Source: Spirochaetia bacterium (GTDB taxonomy: Bacteria > Spirochaetota > Spirochaetia > SZUA-6 > Bin103). From it: 64,000 nucleotides of DNA. The position numbers were made by a program, and so were the translations under genes. Numbering within the stretch: position 1 is the first letter of the stretch; every line of letters starts with the position of its first letter. The DNA is taken from the NCBI GenBank assembly GCA_965203055.1, contig OZ241863.1, forward strand, positions 2,208,001-2,272,000, written 5' to 3'. This document shows positions 29,300 through 38,817 of the stretch, piece after piece. The notes under the pieces are model-generated. The model was not told the DNA's origin and did not search any database. It saw only the letters and a list, made by a program, of their open reading frames with translations.

Positions 29300-30327
29300 C
29301 CCCGCCGCGGCACCGGGGCCGCGTTGCGCGCGCCGGGATGGGCGCCGCGGCGCTGGCGCTGGCCGCGCTGCTGACCGCCTGCAGCGCGCTGCCCGAGGAC
29401 GCCGAGGAGGGCCTGCGCGAGCTGCCGCCGATCCCGCTGCGGTCGCGCGCCGTCACCTACGAGGTGGAGCGCGTCGATCTGGCGGTGGAGGTGCGCGGCA
29501 CCGCGGTGGTGACCCCGACCCGCGAGGTGGAGCTCTACTTCCGGGAGCCGGGCCGCCTCACCGTGCTCAACGTGGGAGTGCGCGACGAAGTGCGGGCCGG
29601 TCAGGTGCTGGCGCGGCTGGAGAGCGCCGACCTGGAGCAGGAGCTGCGGCTGGCCGAGTTCGACCTGGAGATCGCCCGCCTCAGCCACCAGGCGTTGAGC
29701 GCCGGCAACGTGACCCGCACCGCTCTCGCCATCAACCAACTGGAGGTCTCCAAGCAGGAAGCCCGCACTGCCTACCTGCGCGACCGCGTCGCGGCGTACG
29801 TGATCAGCTCGCCCTACGACGGCTACGTGAAGACCGTGCGCGGCAAGGTGGGGGAACTGACCCAGGAATACAAGACCATCATCGAGGTATCCGACCCCAC
29901 CGAGCTGGAGTTGCAGATGCGGGTCAACGTGGACGAGTTCGAGCGCGTGGTGACCGGCCAGCCGGCGCTGGTGGAGGTGACCCGCGGCGCGTGGCAGCCG
30001 GGTACGGTGACCGCGGTCACCAGCCGCAACCAGGCCACCGATCCGACCCTGCGCCGCGACGAGTACATCGCCCATCTCGCCCTGGAGGACACCGCCATCG
30101 AGCTGCGCGCGCAGGCCCGCCTGACCGCCCGCGTGGTGGTCGAGAGCCGCCCGCAGACGCTGGTGATCCCCGCGGCCGGGCTGCGCGAATTCCGCGAGCG
30201 CACCTACGTGCGCGTGCTCGACGGCGAGCAGCGGCGCGAGGTGGACGTGCGGGTGGGGGTTCGTACCGACACCCAGGTGGAGATTCTGAGTGGCCTGGAG
30301 GCCGGCGAACTGGTGATCGGCAAGTGA
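29296..30327 (+). CDS. Membrane-fusion/periplasmic adaptor lipoprotein
   Basis: LLTAC lipobox, VRAGQVLARL, SPYDG, VEILSGLEAGE. Confidence 0.8.
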   Translation: MTPPRHRGRVARAGMGAAALALAALLTACSALPEDAEEGLRELPPIPLRSRAVTYEVERVDLAVEVRGTAVVTPTREVELYFREPGRLTVLNVGVRDEVRAGQVLARLESADLEQELRLAEFDLEIARLSHQALSAGNVTRTALAINQLEVSKQEARTAYLRDRVAAYVISSPYDGYVKTVRGKVGELTQEYKTIIEVSDPTELELQMRVNVDEFERVVTGQPALVEVTRGAWQPGTVTAVTSRNQATDPTLRRDEYIAHLALEDTAIELRAQARLTARVVVESRPQTLVIPAAGLREFRERTYVRVLDGEQRREVDVRVGVRTDTQVEILSGLEAGELVIGK

Positions 30328-33296
30328 CCGACCGCGCCGCCCCGACGGTCAGCTACGGGCGCCTGCGGCCGCGCCGCGAACGCGGTCTGCCGGCGGCCGC
30401 GGCGATCCGCTATCCGCTGACCGTGCTGTGGATCACGCTGCAGCGGATGGCGCGCAACTGGCGGCTGCTCGGAGCCCTGCTGGCCGGCCTGGTGCTGGTC
30501 GCCGGGCTTGCCGCGGCGGTGCCGATCTACACCTCCGCCGGCCTGCAGCGCAGCTTCATCGAGCATTGGCATCGGGAGGACGACTTCCGGCCGCCCTTCG
30601 CCGTCATCGTCGCGCACCGCAACAGCCGCCGCCGCGAACCGGTCACCGCCGAGCACCTGCAGCGCCTGCAGCGCTATCTGGACGGCGAGCTGCGCGGGCG
30701 GATCGGTCACCCTCCCCTCGCCACCTCCTTCTACGGCACCTTCGGCAGCGACTTCGTGCTGCTCAACGAGGCCGCCGACCCGGGCGGGCGCGCCACCCGC
30801 GCGGAGCTCTCCTTCATGAGCAACCTCGCCGCGCATGCCGACGTGCGCCTCGGCCGCTGGTACGCGGCGCGCGACGACGGCGTGCTGGAGGTGGTGGCCG
30901 ACGAGAAGACCCTGGATGACCTGGAACTGGTGGTGGGCGGCCGCTACGTGTGGGCCTACCAGCTCCTGCCGGGCGAAGAGTTGACCGGCCTGCGCGTGGA
31001 GCCGTACCGGCAGCAGCGCTTCGCCCTGACGCCGATCGAAGTGGTGGGGATGTTTCAACCGGGCAACTCCGTTACCACCCGCGAATGGATCTATCCGCCG
31101 CTGCCGGGACGCCTGTTCATGCTGCCGGAGAGCTTCGCCGACCTGCAGCGCGCGGGACTGCGCACCTCCACCTTCGACCTGCAATGGGTGTTCGACGACC
31201 GGCTGGTGCGGGTCGATCAGCTCGGCGGCCTGATCGCCGACCTGCGGGCGGTCGAGGCGCGCGCCGCGGAGCTGGTCCCCTACACCACCGAGGACCCCAA
31301 CACCAGGTATTGGCTGGCGCCGCTGGAGTTCTTCGAGCGCTTCCGGATCAGACTGGACCAGGTGGCGCTGTTCCTGTTCTCGCTGGCGGCCCCCACCATC
31401 GGCATGATCCTGGTGTACGTGATGCTGATCGCCGCCCTGGCGGTGGAACGGCGCGTGAACGAGATTTCGGTGCTGCACAGCCGCGGCGCCGGGCGCGTCC
31501 AGGTACTGGCCAGCTTTACCCTGGAGTGGATTCTGCTGGCCGCCGCGGCAGCGCTGATCGGCCCCCACCTGGGGCTCCTCATCGGCCGCCTGGTGGGCAA
31601 CGCTCAGGGCTTTCTCCAGTTCACCGCCAATACCGGCGACCAGGCCGCGCAGCTCCCGCTGGTGGTCACCGAACAGTCGCAGCGCTTCGCGCTGCTGGCC
31701 ACGCTGGTGGCGGTGGCGGCCGCGGTCGCCCCGGTGGTCGCCAGCTCCCGCTTTTCGATCGTGACCCTGCGCCAGGTGCAGGCGCGCGGCCTGCGGCGCT
31801 CCTTCTGGCACCGCTACTTCCTCGACGTGATCCTGCTCGGCCTCGCCTTCTACGGCTACAGCGCGCTGCGCTGGCAGCAGGTGCGGCTGGCCTCCGAGGC
31901 CACGGTGGATGCCGATCCGATCCTGTTCCTGGTGCCGGTGGCGTTCTTCATCGGCGGCGGGCTGCTGCTGCTGCGCCTCTATCCGCTGGCGATGTCCGGG
32001 CTCGGCTGGCTCAGCAACCGCTTCCGCGGCATCGTGCTGCAGCTCACCCTGCGCCGCCTGGGCCGCAGCAGCGGCCAGTACGTGTCGCTGCTGGTGCTGC
32101 TGATCCTGACCGTGGCGATGGGCATCTACAACGGCTCGGCGGCGCGCACCCTGCTGGCCAACTTCGAAGACCGCATCCGCTACCAACACGGGGCCGACCT
32201 GGTGGTGCGCGAGGCATGGGAGCCGCCGGAGGAGCTGCAGGCGGCCCAGCGCGGCGGGGCCCCCGCGCCCACCTCGCCCGATCAGCCGCGGCCCACCGCG
32301 GCCGCGGAGCCGCCATTCTTCAAGCGGCTGGAGATCGACGGCGTGGAAGCCGCGGCGCGGGTACTGATGCGCCGCGCCGAGGCGCGCAACGCCTCGCTGC
32401 ACGCCGGCTCGGTCACCATGATGGCGATCATGCCGCACGAGTTCGCGCCGGTCGCCTGGCGCCGCAGCGACCTGTTCGCCCCCTACCACTTCTACGACTA
32501 CCTGATTCAGCTCGGCAAGCACCGCGAGGGCGCCCTGGTCAGCTCGGAGCTGCAGCGCCGCGGCAAGCTGAAGCTGGGCGACCGGCTCACCATCAACTAC
32601 AACAACCAGCCAATCGAGACCTACGTCGTGGGCACGCTGCCCTATTGGCCGTCGCTGAACCCGGAACGGCGCCCGTTCGTGATCCTCAATCTCGATCACG
32701 TGCAGGACTTCACCGCGCTGGAACCGTACGACTCGTGGTACACGGTGGCCTCGCCGGAGCTCATTCCCCAAATCAAGGAGCGGCTGCCGTCGATGGGGGT
32801 GTGGCCGCAGGAACTGCTCGATACCGAGAAGATCCTCGCCGAGCTGCACCGGGAGCCGTACCGGCGCGGCTTCTTCGGCATCCTCACGATCGGCTTCCTG
32901 GCCGCGGCGGTGGTGGCGGTGCTGGCCTTCGTGGTGTACACCATCTATGCCACCCGCCAGCGGCTGATCCAGTTCGGGGCGCTGCGCGCCAACGGTCTGT
33001 CGCTGTTGCAGACCCTCGGCGTGGTCGGTCTGGAACAGGCGCTGACGGTCGGCATCGGGCTGGCGATCGGCATCGGCGCCGGCAACGCCGCCACCACGCT
33101 GTTCCTGCCGTTCCTGCGCGACCGCGCCAGCGAGACGCAGCCGGTGCCGCCGTTCCTGATCGTCACCGACCTGACCGATCTGACCCGGATCGTGGCCATC
33201 GTCAGCGCCGCGTTTCTGGCCGGCGTGGTCGCCCTGGCGCTGTTCCTGGTGCGCGCCCGGTTGGCCAGCGCCCTGCGGCTCGGCGAGGAGGCGTAG
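30324..33296 (+). CDS. FtsX/MacB-like ABC permease (two FtsX modules)
   Basis: EISVLHSRGAGR and QFGALRANGLS motifs, many TM segments; GTGA overlap. Confidence 0.85.
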   Translation: MTDRAAPTVSYGRLRPRRERGLPAAAAIRYPLTVLWITLQRMARNWRLLGALLAGLVLVAGLAAAVPIYTSAGLQRSFIEHWHREDDFRPPFAVIVAHRNSRRREPVTAEHLQRLQRYLDGELRGRIGHPPLATSFYGTFGSDFVLLNEAADPGGRATRAELSFMSNLAAHADVRLGRWYAARDDGVLEVVADEKTLDDLELVVGGRYVWAYQLLPGEELTGLRVEPYRQQRFALTPIEVVGMFQPGNSVTTREWIYPPLPGRLFMLPESFADLQRAGLRTSTFDLQWVFDDRLVRVDQLGGLIADLRAVEARAAELVPYTTEDPNTRYWLAPLEFFERFRIRLDQVALFLFSLAAPTIGMILVYVMLIAALAVERRVNEISVLHSRGAGRVQVLASFTLEWILLAAAAALIGPHLGLLIGRLVGNAQGFLQFTANTGDQAAQLPLVVTEQSQRFALLATLVAVAAAVAPVVASSRFSIVTLRQVQARGLRRSFWHRYFLDVILLGLAFYGYSALRWQQVRLASEATVDADPILFLVPVAFFIGGGLLLLRLYPLAMSGLGWLSNRFRGIVLQLTLRRLGRSSGQYVSLLVLLILTVAMGIYNGSAARTLLANFEDRIRYQHGADLVVREAWEPPEELQAAQRGGAPAPTSPDQPRPTAAAEPPFFKRLEIDGVEAAARVLMRRAEARNASLHAGSVTMMAIMPHEFAPVAWRRSDLFAPYHFYDYLIQLGKHREGALVSSELQRRGKLKLGDRLTINYNNQPIETYVVGTLPYWPSLNPERRPFVILNLDHVQDFTALEPYDSWYTVASPELIPQIKERLPSMGVWPQELLDTEKILAELHREPYRRGFFGILTIGFLAAAVVAVLAFVVYTIYATRQRLIQFGALRANGLSLLQTLGVVGLEQALTVGIGLAIGIGAGNAATTLFLPFLRDRASETQPVPPFLIVTDLTDLTRIVAIVSAAFLAGVVALALFLVRARLASALRLGEEA

Positions 33297-33305
33297 CGCG
33301 CGAGC

Positions 33306-34298
33306 ATGGCCGCGGACGACTTCATTCGCTGCGAGGGTCTGGTCAAGATCTACAAGATCGAGGACGTGGAGGTGGTGGCGCTGCAGGGGCTGGACCTCAC
33401 CATCCGGCGCGGCGAGGTGATGGGCATCATCGGTCCCAGCGGCAGCGGCAAGACTACCCTGATGAACGTCCTCGGCGGGCTGGACGTGCCGTCCGCCGGC
33501 AAGGCGGTGGTGGACGGCGTCGACCTGATCCGCATCTCGGAGCGGCAGCGGCTGCGCTACCGGCGCCGCAGCGTCGGCTTCGTGTGGCAGAACGTGGGCC
33601 GCAACCTGATCCCCTACCTCAGCGCGCTGGAAAACGTGCAACTGCCGATGATCCTGTCGGGCCGCTTCGACCACCGCCGGGCGCAGCGGCTGCTGGAGCT
33701 GGTCGGTCTCGGCCACCGCCTGAACCACCGGCCGGTGACCATGTCGGGCGGCGAACAGCAGCGGGTGGCGATCGCCATCGGTCTGGCCAACGAGCCGCCG
33801 GTGCTGCTGGCCGACGAGCCTACCGGTTCGCTCGATACCGAGAACACGATCCGGCTGCTGGAGGTGTTCGACACGGTGCGCACCGAGTTGGGGGTGACGG
33901 TGGTGATCGTCACGCACGATACGTCGATGGCGCGGGTGCTGGATCGGTACGTGCAGATCCGGGACGGCAAGACCAGCACCGAGTCGGTGCGGCGGGTGGC
34001 GGTCACCTACACCGAGCGGGGCACCGCCGAAGCGGCGGCGGCGCTGCAGGCCGGCGCGGACGGCGCCGCCGCGGCGGCCGGGGCGGCGAGCGGCGGGGCG
34101 GATGACTCCGGCGCGGCCCAGGCTGACGGCGCCGGCAGCGCGGGCGCGGAGGACGCCAGCCACGAGCACTTCACGTTGCTGGATTCGGCCGGGCGGCTGC
34201 AGATCCCGGCGGACATGCGCGACGCCTACCGTATCGGCGGGCGCGTGAAGCTGGTGGAAGAGGAGGGCCGCATCCTCATCGTCCCCGACGAGCGGTAG
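33306..34298 (+). CDS. ABC ATP-binding protein with C-terminal AbrB/SpoVT-like domain
   Basis: GPSGSGKT, MSGGEQQR; C-terminal LDSAGRLQIPADMR. Confidence 0.85.
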   Translation: MAADDFIRCEGLVKIYKIEDVEVVALQGLDLTIRRGEVMGIIGPSGSGKTTLMNVLGGLDVPSAGKAVVDGVDLIRISERQRLRYRRRSVGFVWQNVGRNLIPYLSALENVQLPMILSGRFDHRRAQRLLELVGLGHRLNHRPVTMSGGEQQRVAIAIGLANEPPVLLADEPTGSLDTENTIRLLEVFDTVRTELGVTVVIVTHDTSMARVLDRYVQIRDGKTSTESVRRVAVTYTERGTAEAAAALQAGADGAAAAAGAASGGADDSGAAQADGAGSAGAEDASHEHFTLLDSAGRLQIPADMRDAYRIGGRVKLVEEEGRILIVPDER

Positions 34299-34319
34299 CG
34301 GGCCGCGGGAGCGCGCGCC

Positions 34320-35717
34320 ATGACCCGGTTCCCGGAGCGCTTTCGGCGGGGCGCCGCGGGCGCCGCGCAGCCGCGGCGCGCGGCGCTGGAGGCCTTCTTC
34401 GCCGCCGGGGTGAAGCGCGTCGACCCGGAGGCGATGGTCGCCGCGCGCCTGCGCCTGCAGGGCGGAACCCTTGTCGTAGACGCCGGCGGCGGCCCGCTGA
34501 GCGTCGACCTGGAGCAGTTTCGCGCCCTGCGGCTGCTGGCGGTCGGCAAGGCCGCGGGGGCGATGGCGCGCGGGGTGGAGGCGCTGCTGGGCGAACGGAT
34601 CGGCGGCGGGGTGGCGGTCACCAAACGCGGTCACGAACGCCGCGGCGGCGGGCTGCGCCGCATCCGGCTGCTGGAGGCCGGCCATCCGGTGCCGGACCGG
34701 GACAGCGTAGCCGCGGGCCGGGCGCTGGCCGCCGAGTGCCGGGACGCGGGCGCGGACACGCTGCTGATCAGCGTGCTGTCGGGCGGCGGCTCGGCGCTGC
34801 TGGCAGCTCCGGCCGCGGGCGTCACCCTGGCCGACAAGCAGGAGACCACGCGCCTGCTGCTGGCGGCCGGGGCCACCATCGGGGAGCTGAACTGCGTGCG
34901 CAAGCACCTGTCCGCCCTCAAGGGAGGGCGCCTGGCGGAACTGATGTACCCGGCCCACTCGCTCAACCTGATTCTGTCGGACGTGGTGGGCGACCGGCTC
35001 GACATCATCGCTTCCGGGATTACCGCCCCGGACCCCACCACCTTTGCCGACGCGGCCGCGACCCTGCGCCGCTACGGGCTGTGGGAGGCGGCGCCGGCGG
35101 CGGTGCGCGGCGTCCTGGAGGCCGGCTTGGCCGGCGCCCTGGCCGACACGCCCGGCGCCGCGCATCCGGCCTTCGCGCGCACCCGCAACGTACTCCTCGG
35201 CTCCGGGCGGGCGGCGGTGGCGGCCGCCGCGGACGCCGCCCGCGGCGCCGGCTATGACACGCTGGTGCTGACCACCCAGCTCACCGGCGAGGCGCGCGAG
35301 ATCGCCAAGGTGTTCTACGGCATGGCGCGCGACCTCCGCAGCGGGCGCCTGGCGCTGCGCCTGCCCGCCTGCGTGGTGGCCGGCGGCGAGACCACGGTGA
35401 CCGTCACCGGCAGCGGCCGCGGCGGCCGCTGCCAGGAGCTGGCGGCGGCGTTCCTGGCCGAGCTGGCCGCCGACTCCGACCCGCCGCTCGGCGCCACCCT
35501 GCTGGCCGCCGGCACCGACGGCAACGACGGCCCCACCGACGCCGCCGGCGCCTTCGCCGACGCCGCCGCGCTGGCCGCCGGGGGCGCCTCAGATCCGCGC
35601 GCCGCGCTCGCCGGCAACGACTCCTACCACTTCTGCAAGGCGTGCTCGGCGCTGTTCCAACCGGGCCCGACCAACACCAACGTCGCCGACCTCTACCTGC
35701 TCACCGTCCACCCGTAG
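34320..35717 (+). CDS. Glycerate 2-kinase / hydroxypyruvate reductase (MOFRL family)
   Basis: VGKAAGAM, EAGHPVP, SGGGSAL, ILSDVVGD, GGETTV, GTDGNDG, TNTNVAD. Confidence 0.9.
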   Translation: MTRFPERFRRGAAGAAQPRRAALEAFFAAGVKRVDPEAMVAARLRLQGGTLVVDAGGGPLSVDLEQFRALRLLAVGKAAGAMARGVEALLGERIGGGVAVTKRGHERRGGGLRRIRLLEAGHPVPDRDSVAAGRALAAECRDAGADTLLISVLSGGGSALLAAPAAGVTLADKQETTRLLLAAGATIGELNCVRKHLSALKGGRLAELMYPAHSLNLILSDVVGDRLDIIASGITAPDPTTFADAAATLRRYGLWEAAPAAVRGVLEAGLAGALADTPGAAHPAFARTRNVLLGSGRAAVAAAADAARGAGYDTLVLTTQLTGEAREIAKVFYGMARDLRSGRLALRLPACVVAGGETTVTVTGSGRGGRCQELAAAFLAELAADSDPPLGATLLAAGTDGNDGPTDAAGAFADAAALAAGGASDPRAALAGNDSYHFCKACSALFQPGPTNTNVADLYLLTVHP

Positions 35718-35743
35718 CCGGGGGAAGGAATCGGTCACGGCGG

Positions 35744-37030
35744 ATGAAGTGGCACGAGAAGCGCATCGAGGAGATCGCCGAGAAGGTAGCAATGGGTCCG
35801 TTCGGGTCAGCCATTCGCGTCCGTACGTTCGTGCCGGACGGCGTACCGATAATCAGCGGTCAGCATCTCCATGGAATGAGGGTCGACGACAGCCCGGGAT
35901 TCAACTTCATCACTGAAGAACACGCGAAGCGGCTGAGGACCGCGAACGTAGAACGGGGCGACGTAGTATTCACTCACGCTGGAAACATCGGTCAGGTGTC
36001 CTACGTGCCAGAGGCATCTGCCTACGATCGCTACGTTATTTCCCAGCGTCAGTTCTACATGCGCTGTGATCGACGCCAAGTGCTCCCGCAGTTCGTGACG
36101 TATTACTTCAAGACACCTGAAGGCCGGCACAAGTTACTTGCGAACACGTCCCAGGTTGGCGTCCCATCGATAGCGCAGCCGGTCTCCTATCTTCGCTCCA
36201 TATCGATACCGCTGCCGCCCCTCGACGTGCAATGCGCCATCGTCCGCGTACTTGAACCACTTGACGAAAATATCGAGCTGAACCGCCGCATGAACGACAC
36301 GCTGGAGGCAATGGTGCGAGCGCTGTTCAAGTCGTGGTTCGTAGACTACGAGCCGGTACGCGCCAAAGTGGACGGCCGCAGCACCGGCTTGCCGAAGCAG
36401 ATCGCCGATCTGTTCCCCGATGCGATGACCGGCTCCGAAGTCGGGCAGCTCCCGGAAGGGTGGCGCGTTGGCTGCGTTGGGGATGTCGTGAGCGCCAAGC
36501 GCCAGGGCGTAGATACGAAGGTTCTGCGGGCCTGCTTGCCGTACATTGGTCTTGAACACATGCCGCGCCGGTCAATCGCCATAGCTGAATGGGGAAGCTC
36601 AGACGAGGTTTCGAGTAGCAAGTTCGCGTTCTCGAAGGGCGAGCTGCTCTTTGGCAAGCTCAGGCCCTACTTCCGCAAGGCCGGTCTGGCGCCGGTCAGC
36701 GGCGTGTGTTCCACTGATATTGTCGTTATGTGCCCCAAGAAGATCATGTGGTCGGCGTTCGCGTTGATGGTGATTTCGTCAGCCGAGTTCGTCAACTATG
36801 CAGACCGGACTTCAACCGGGACGAGAATGCCCCGAACGAGTTGGAAGACGATGAAGTCCTATCCGCTTGCCTTGCCTTCTGAGCGAGTTGCAAGAGCGTT
36901 CCAGAACGTCGTCGGTCCCATGTTGGAGCGGATCGTTGCCAACGTTCACGGCAATCAGAAATTGCGGGGCATGCGCGACCTGCTGCTCCCGGAACTGGTC
37001 TCCGGAGCGTTGCCGGTGACAGCGAAGTGA
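35744..37030 (+). CDS. hsdS: Type I R-M specificity subunit (orphan)
   Basis: MGPFGS TRD start, IPLPPLDVQ, IELNRRMNDTLEAM..LFKSWFVD, LPEGWR, RDLLLPELVSG. Confidence 0.9.
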   Translation: MKWHEKRIEEIAEKVAMGPFGSAIRVRTFVPDGVPIISGQHLHGMRVDDSPGFNFITEEHAKRLRTANVERGDVVFTHAGNIGQVSYVPEASAYDRYVISQRQFYMRCDRRQVLPQFVTYYFKTPEGRHKLLANTSQVGVPSIAQPVSYLRSISIPLPPLDVQCAIVRVLEPLDENIELNRRMNDTLEAMVRALFKSWFVDYEPVRAKVDGRSTGLPKQIADLFPDAMTGSEVGQLPEGWRVGCVGDVVSAKRQGVDTKVLRACLPYIGLEHMPRRSIAIAEWGSSDEVSSSKFAFSKGELLFGKLRPYFRKAGLAPVSGVCSTDIVVMCPKKIMWSAFALMVISSAEFVNYADRTSTGTRMPRTSWKTMKSYPLALPSERVARAFQNVVGPMLERIVANVHGNQKLRGMRDLLLPELVSGALPVTAK

Positions 37031-37151
37031 CGAAGGAAGCAGATAGTCGTTCGTTGCCGAGGTGTTGCTACCGGACTGACTCGCGGCGGCCCTCCGGTCG
37101 GCGCACGCTACCGGCTACGGGCCTCGCGACAGCCGCCCGTCAGCCAACCAC

Positions 37152-37180
37152 TTGACAATCTCTGCATGTGCCGATAAGAT
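37152..37180 (+). promoter_or_regulatory. Sigma70-like promoter
   Basis: TTGACA-17bp-TAAGAT upstream of ORF 37202. Confidence 0.65.
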
Positions 37181-37201
37181 AGCGGCAGGATAACGTTCCA
37201 T

Positions 37202-37636
37202 TTGGGAGAGCAGAATGACAGGGAAGCCAAGGGAGGCAGCGACGACAGAGCATCCATCTTCGGGGTGGCGAAGACGCGGCTGCCGGGGTATTTGGGTACC
37301 TTCTCCCTGGCTTCGGTATCCATGCTCGTCTATTCGATATGGCATGGTTGGGACGGTATTGAGAATATCATAAGGCTCTATTCCGGGCTATTGAGTCGAT
37401 ATATTCCCACGGTTGTCGCGATGCTGATCACCGTGGAGGGAGGCATTATGGGAGGAACAGCTCTTCTACTCAAACTCCAGCGCCGTAAGGCCAGAGAGGA
37501 AGGCAGGGAGGAAGGCCGTCAGCAGGGCCGCCAGGAAGGCCGTCAGGAAGGCATCGAGAGAGCCATCCAGATACTGGAGCAGTCCGGTAAGAGCGACGAA
37601 GCCCGGCTTCTGCGGGAATCCAACGGGAACCCATAG
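37202..37636 (+). CDS. Membrane protein with C-terminal EEGR/QEGR repeats and an internal RBS+ATG at 37448
   Basis: Two hydrophobic segments, then GGAGGGAGG-catt-ATG and MGGTALLLKLQRRKAREEGREEGRQQGRQEGRQEG. Confidence 0.6.
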   Translation: MGEQNDREAKGGSDDRASIFGVAKTRLPGYLGTFSLASVSMLVYSIWHGWDGIENIIRLYSGLLSRYIPTVVAMLITVEGGIMGGTALLLKLQRRKAREEGREEGRQQGRQEGRQEGIERAIQILEQSGKSDEARLLRESNGNP

Positions 37637-37690
37637 ATTGTATTGTAGGGCTCTATTCCGGACTGCTGGATCACCGTGGAGGGAGGCATT

Positions 37691-37846
37691 ATGAGAGGAA
37701 CAGATCTTCTACTCAAACTCCAGCGCCGTAAGGCCAGGGAGGAAGGCCGCCAAGAAGGCATCGAGAAGGCGATCCGGATACTGGAGCAGGCCGGTATGAG
37801 CGACGAAGCCCGGCTTCTTCGGGAATTCAACGACTGGCGCCCATAG
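37691..37846 (+). CDS. 51-aa paralog of the C-terminal part of the 37202 protein
   Basis: Same RBS; MRGTDLLLKLQRRKAREEGRQEGIEKAIRILEQAGMSDEARLLREFNDWRP. Confidence 0.6.
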   Translation: MRGTDLLLKLQRRKAREEGRQEGIEKAIRILEQAGMSDEARLLREFNDWRP

Positions 37847-37913
37847 CGCCTTCGTGGGCAGATATCGCCGAACAACCCACTGTATGAAAACTGTGGCTGA
37901 AGTGCGGCCACTT

Positions 37914-38630
37914 TCATGTCCTGCGAACTACTAGGATGTAACCAAATCTCAGGCTGTCGACGCGCAGGACTCGGCACGAATTCGACTCGTTCAGATGTTC
38001 CAGAACCACTCTCCAATCGAATCCGAGGTGCTGTCCCCAGCCGTCTGCCTCCGGGTCCCGAAACACCGAGACCGATTTTCCCGTGAGGAGGTGCCGCACA
38101 TAATCGGCTTCGCTCCGCTCACGGAAGAAGCTGTCATAGGGCCGTCGCCGGACGACCTTTCTCGCAACGTACTTGAACAACCCAGGCAGGCCGATCTCGT
38201 TCGGTACCGAGATGATCAGGGTCCCGCCGGGCTTGCATGAGGCGAGCAGCGTTTCAATCGCATTGTGGACCTTGCCTACATGCTCCAAGGTCTCGAAGCA
38301 GGTTACGATGTCGAACAGTCGCTCGCGGGCGCGCGGCGGCTCGTTGAGATCGACGTATCCGAAGACCGCGTTGCGGATGTTGCGGGACCTCGCTGCGGCC
38401 AGCAACTCGGTCGAGTGGTCAAAGCCGAACAGATTCATCGAACCAGCCTCGGGCAGCGCTCGCAACAGCTCGGCGAAGAAGAACCCGTTCGAGCACCCGA
38501 AGTCAGCTATACCCCCCCCCCCCCCCGGTAACGGCAGCGACCGTATCGTGTCGAGAATGCGACGCAGCCGGGTACGATGAAAAAAGCTGAACGGATGGAG
38601 TCCCCGGTATGATCGCTCGTGTACGAACAC
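37914..38630 (-). CDS. Class I SAM-dependent methyltransferase
   Basis: IADFGCSNG, FDIVTCFETLEHV, KPGGTLIISVPN. Confidence 0.85.
   Translation of the reverse strand: MFVHERSYRGLHPFSFFHRTRLRRILDTIRSLPLPGGGGGIADFGCSNGFFFAELLRALPEAGSMNLFGFDHSTELLAAARSRNIRNAVFGYVDLNEPPRARERLFDIVTCFETLEHVGKVHNAIETLLASCKPGGTLIISVPNEIGLPGLFKYVARKVVRRRPYDSFFRERSEADYVRHLLTGKSVSVFRDPEADGWGQHLGFDWRVVLEHLNESNSCRVLRVDSLRFGYILVVRRT
38512..38526 (-). repeat. G15 homopolymer in the methyltransferase 5' coding region
   Basis: 15 consecutive C on + strand. Confidence 0.9.
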
Positions 38631-38724
38631 CTCCGGAACCTACCGCACGGCCCGGCAGGCTACAAGGTACGTGCGGCCAGGACCAACGGTGGGAGCGCCG
38701 CCGCCGCCGGGCGGCCGCGTCAGC

Positions 38725-38753
38725 TTGACGGCGGATCGGGCGGCCTCTACCAT
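38725..38753 (+). promoter_or_regulatory. Sigma70-like promoter of ABC importer operon
   Basis: TTGACG-17bp-TACCAT; AAGGAGA RBS before 38818. Confidence 0.6.
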
Positions 38754-38817
38754 CGGCGGCGGAGCATAGGGCGGCGTACCTGCTTTCGGAACACGCCGCC
38801 TGTAAGGAGATACGACG

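Noticed and set aside
30204..35165. Very long antisense ORFs (also 13774-16383, 22136-25390, 50428-54204)
   Set aside because: Shadows of real genes in high-GC DNA; Arg/Gly/Ala-rich with no motifs
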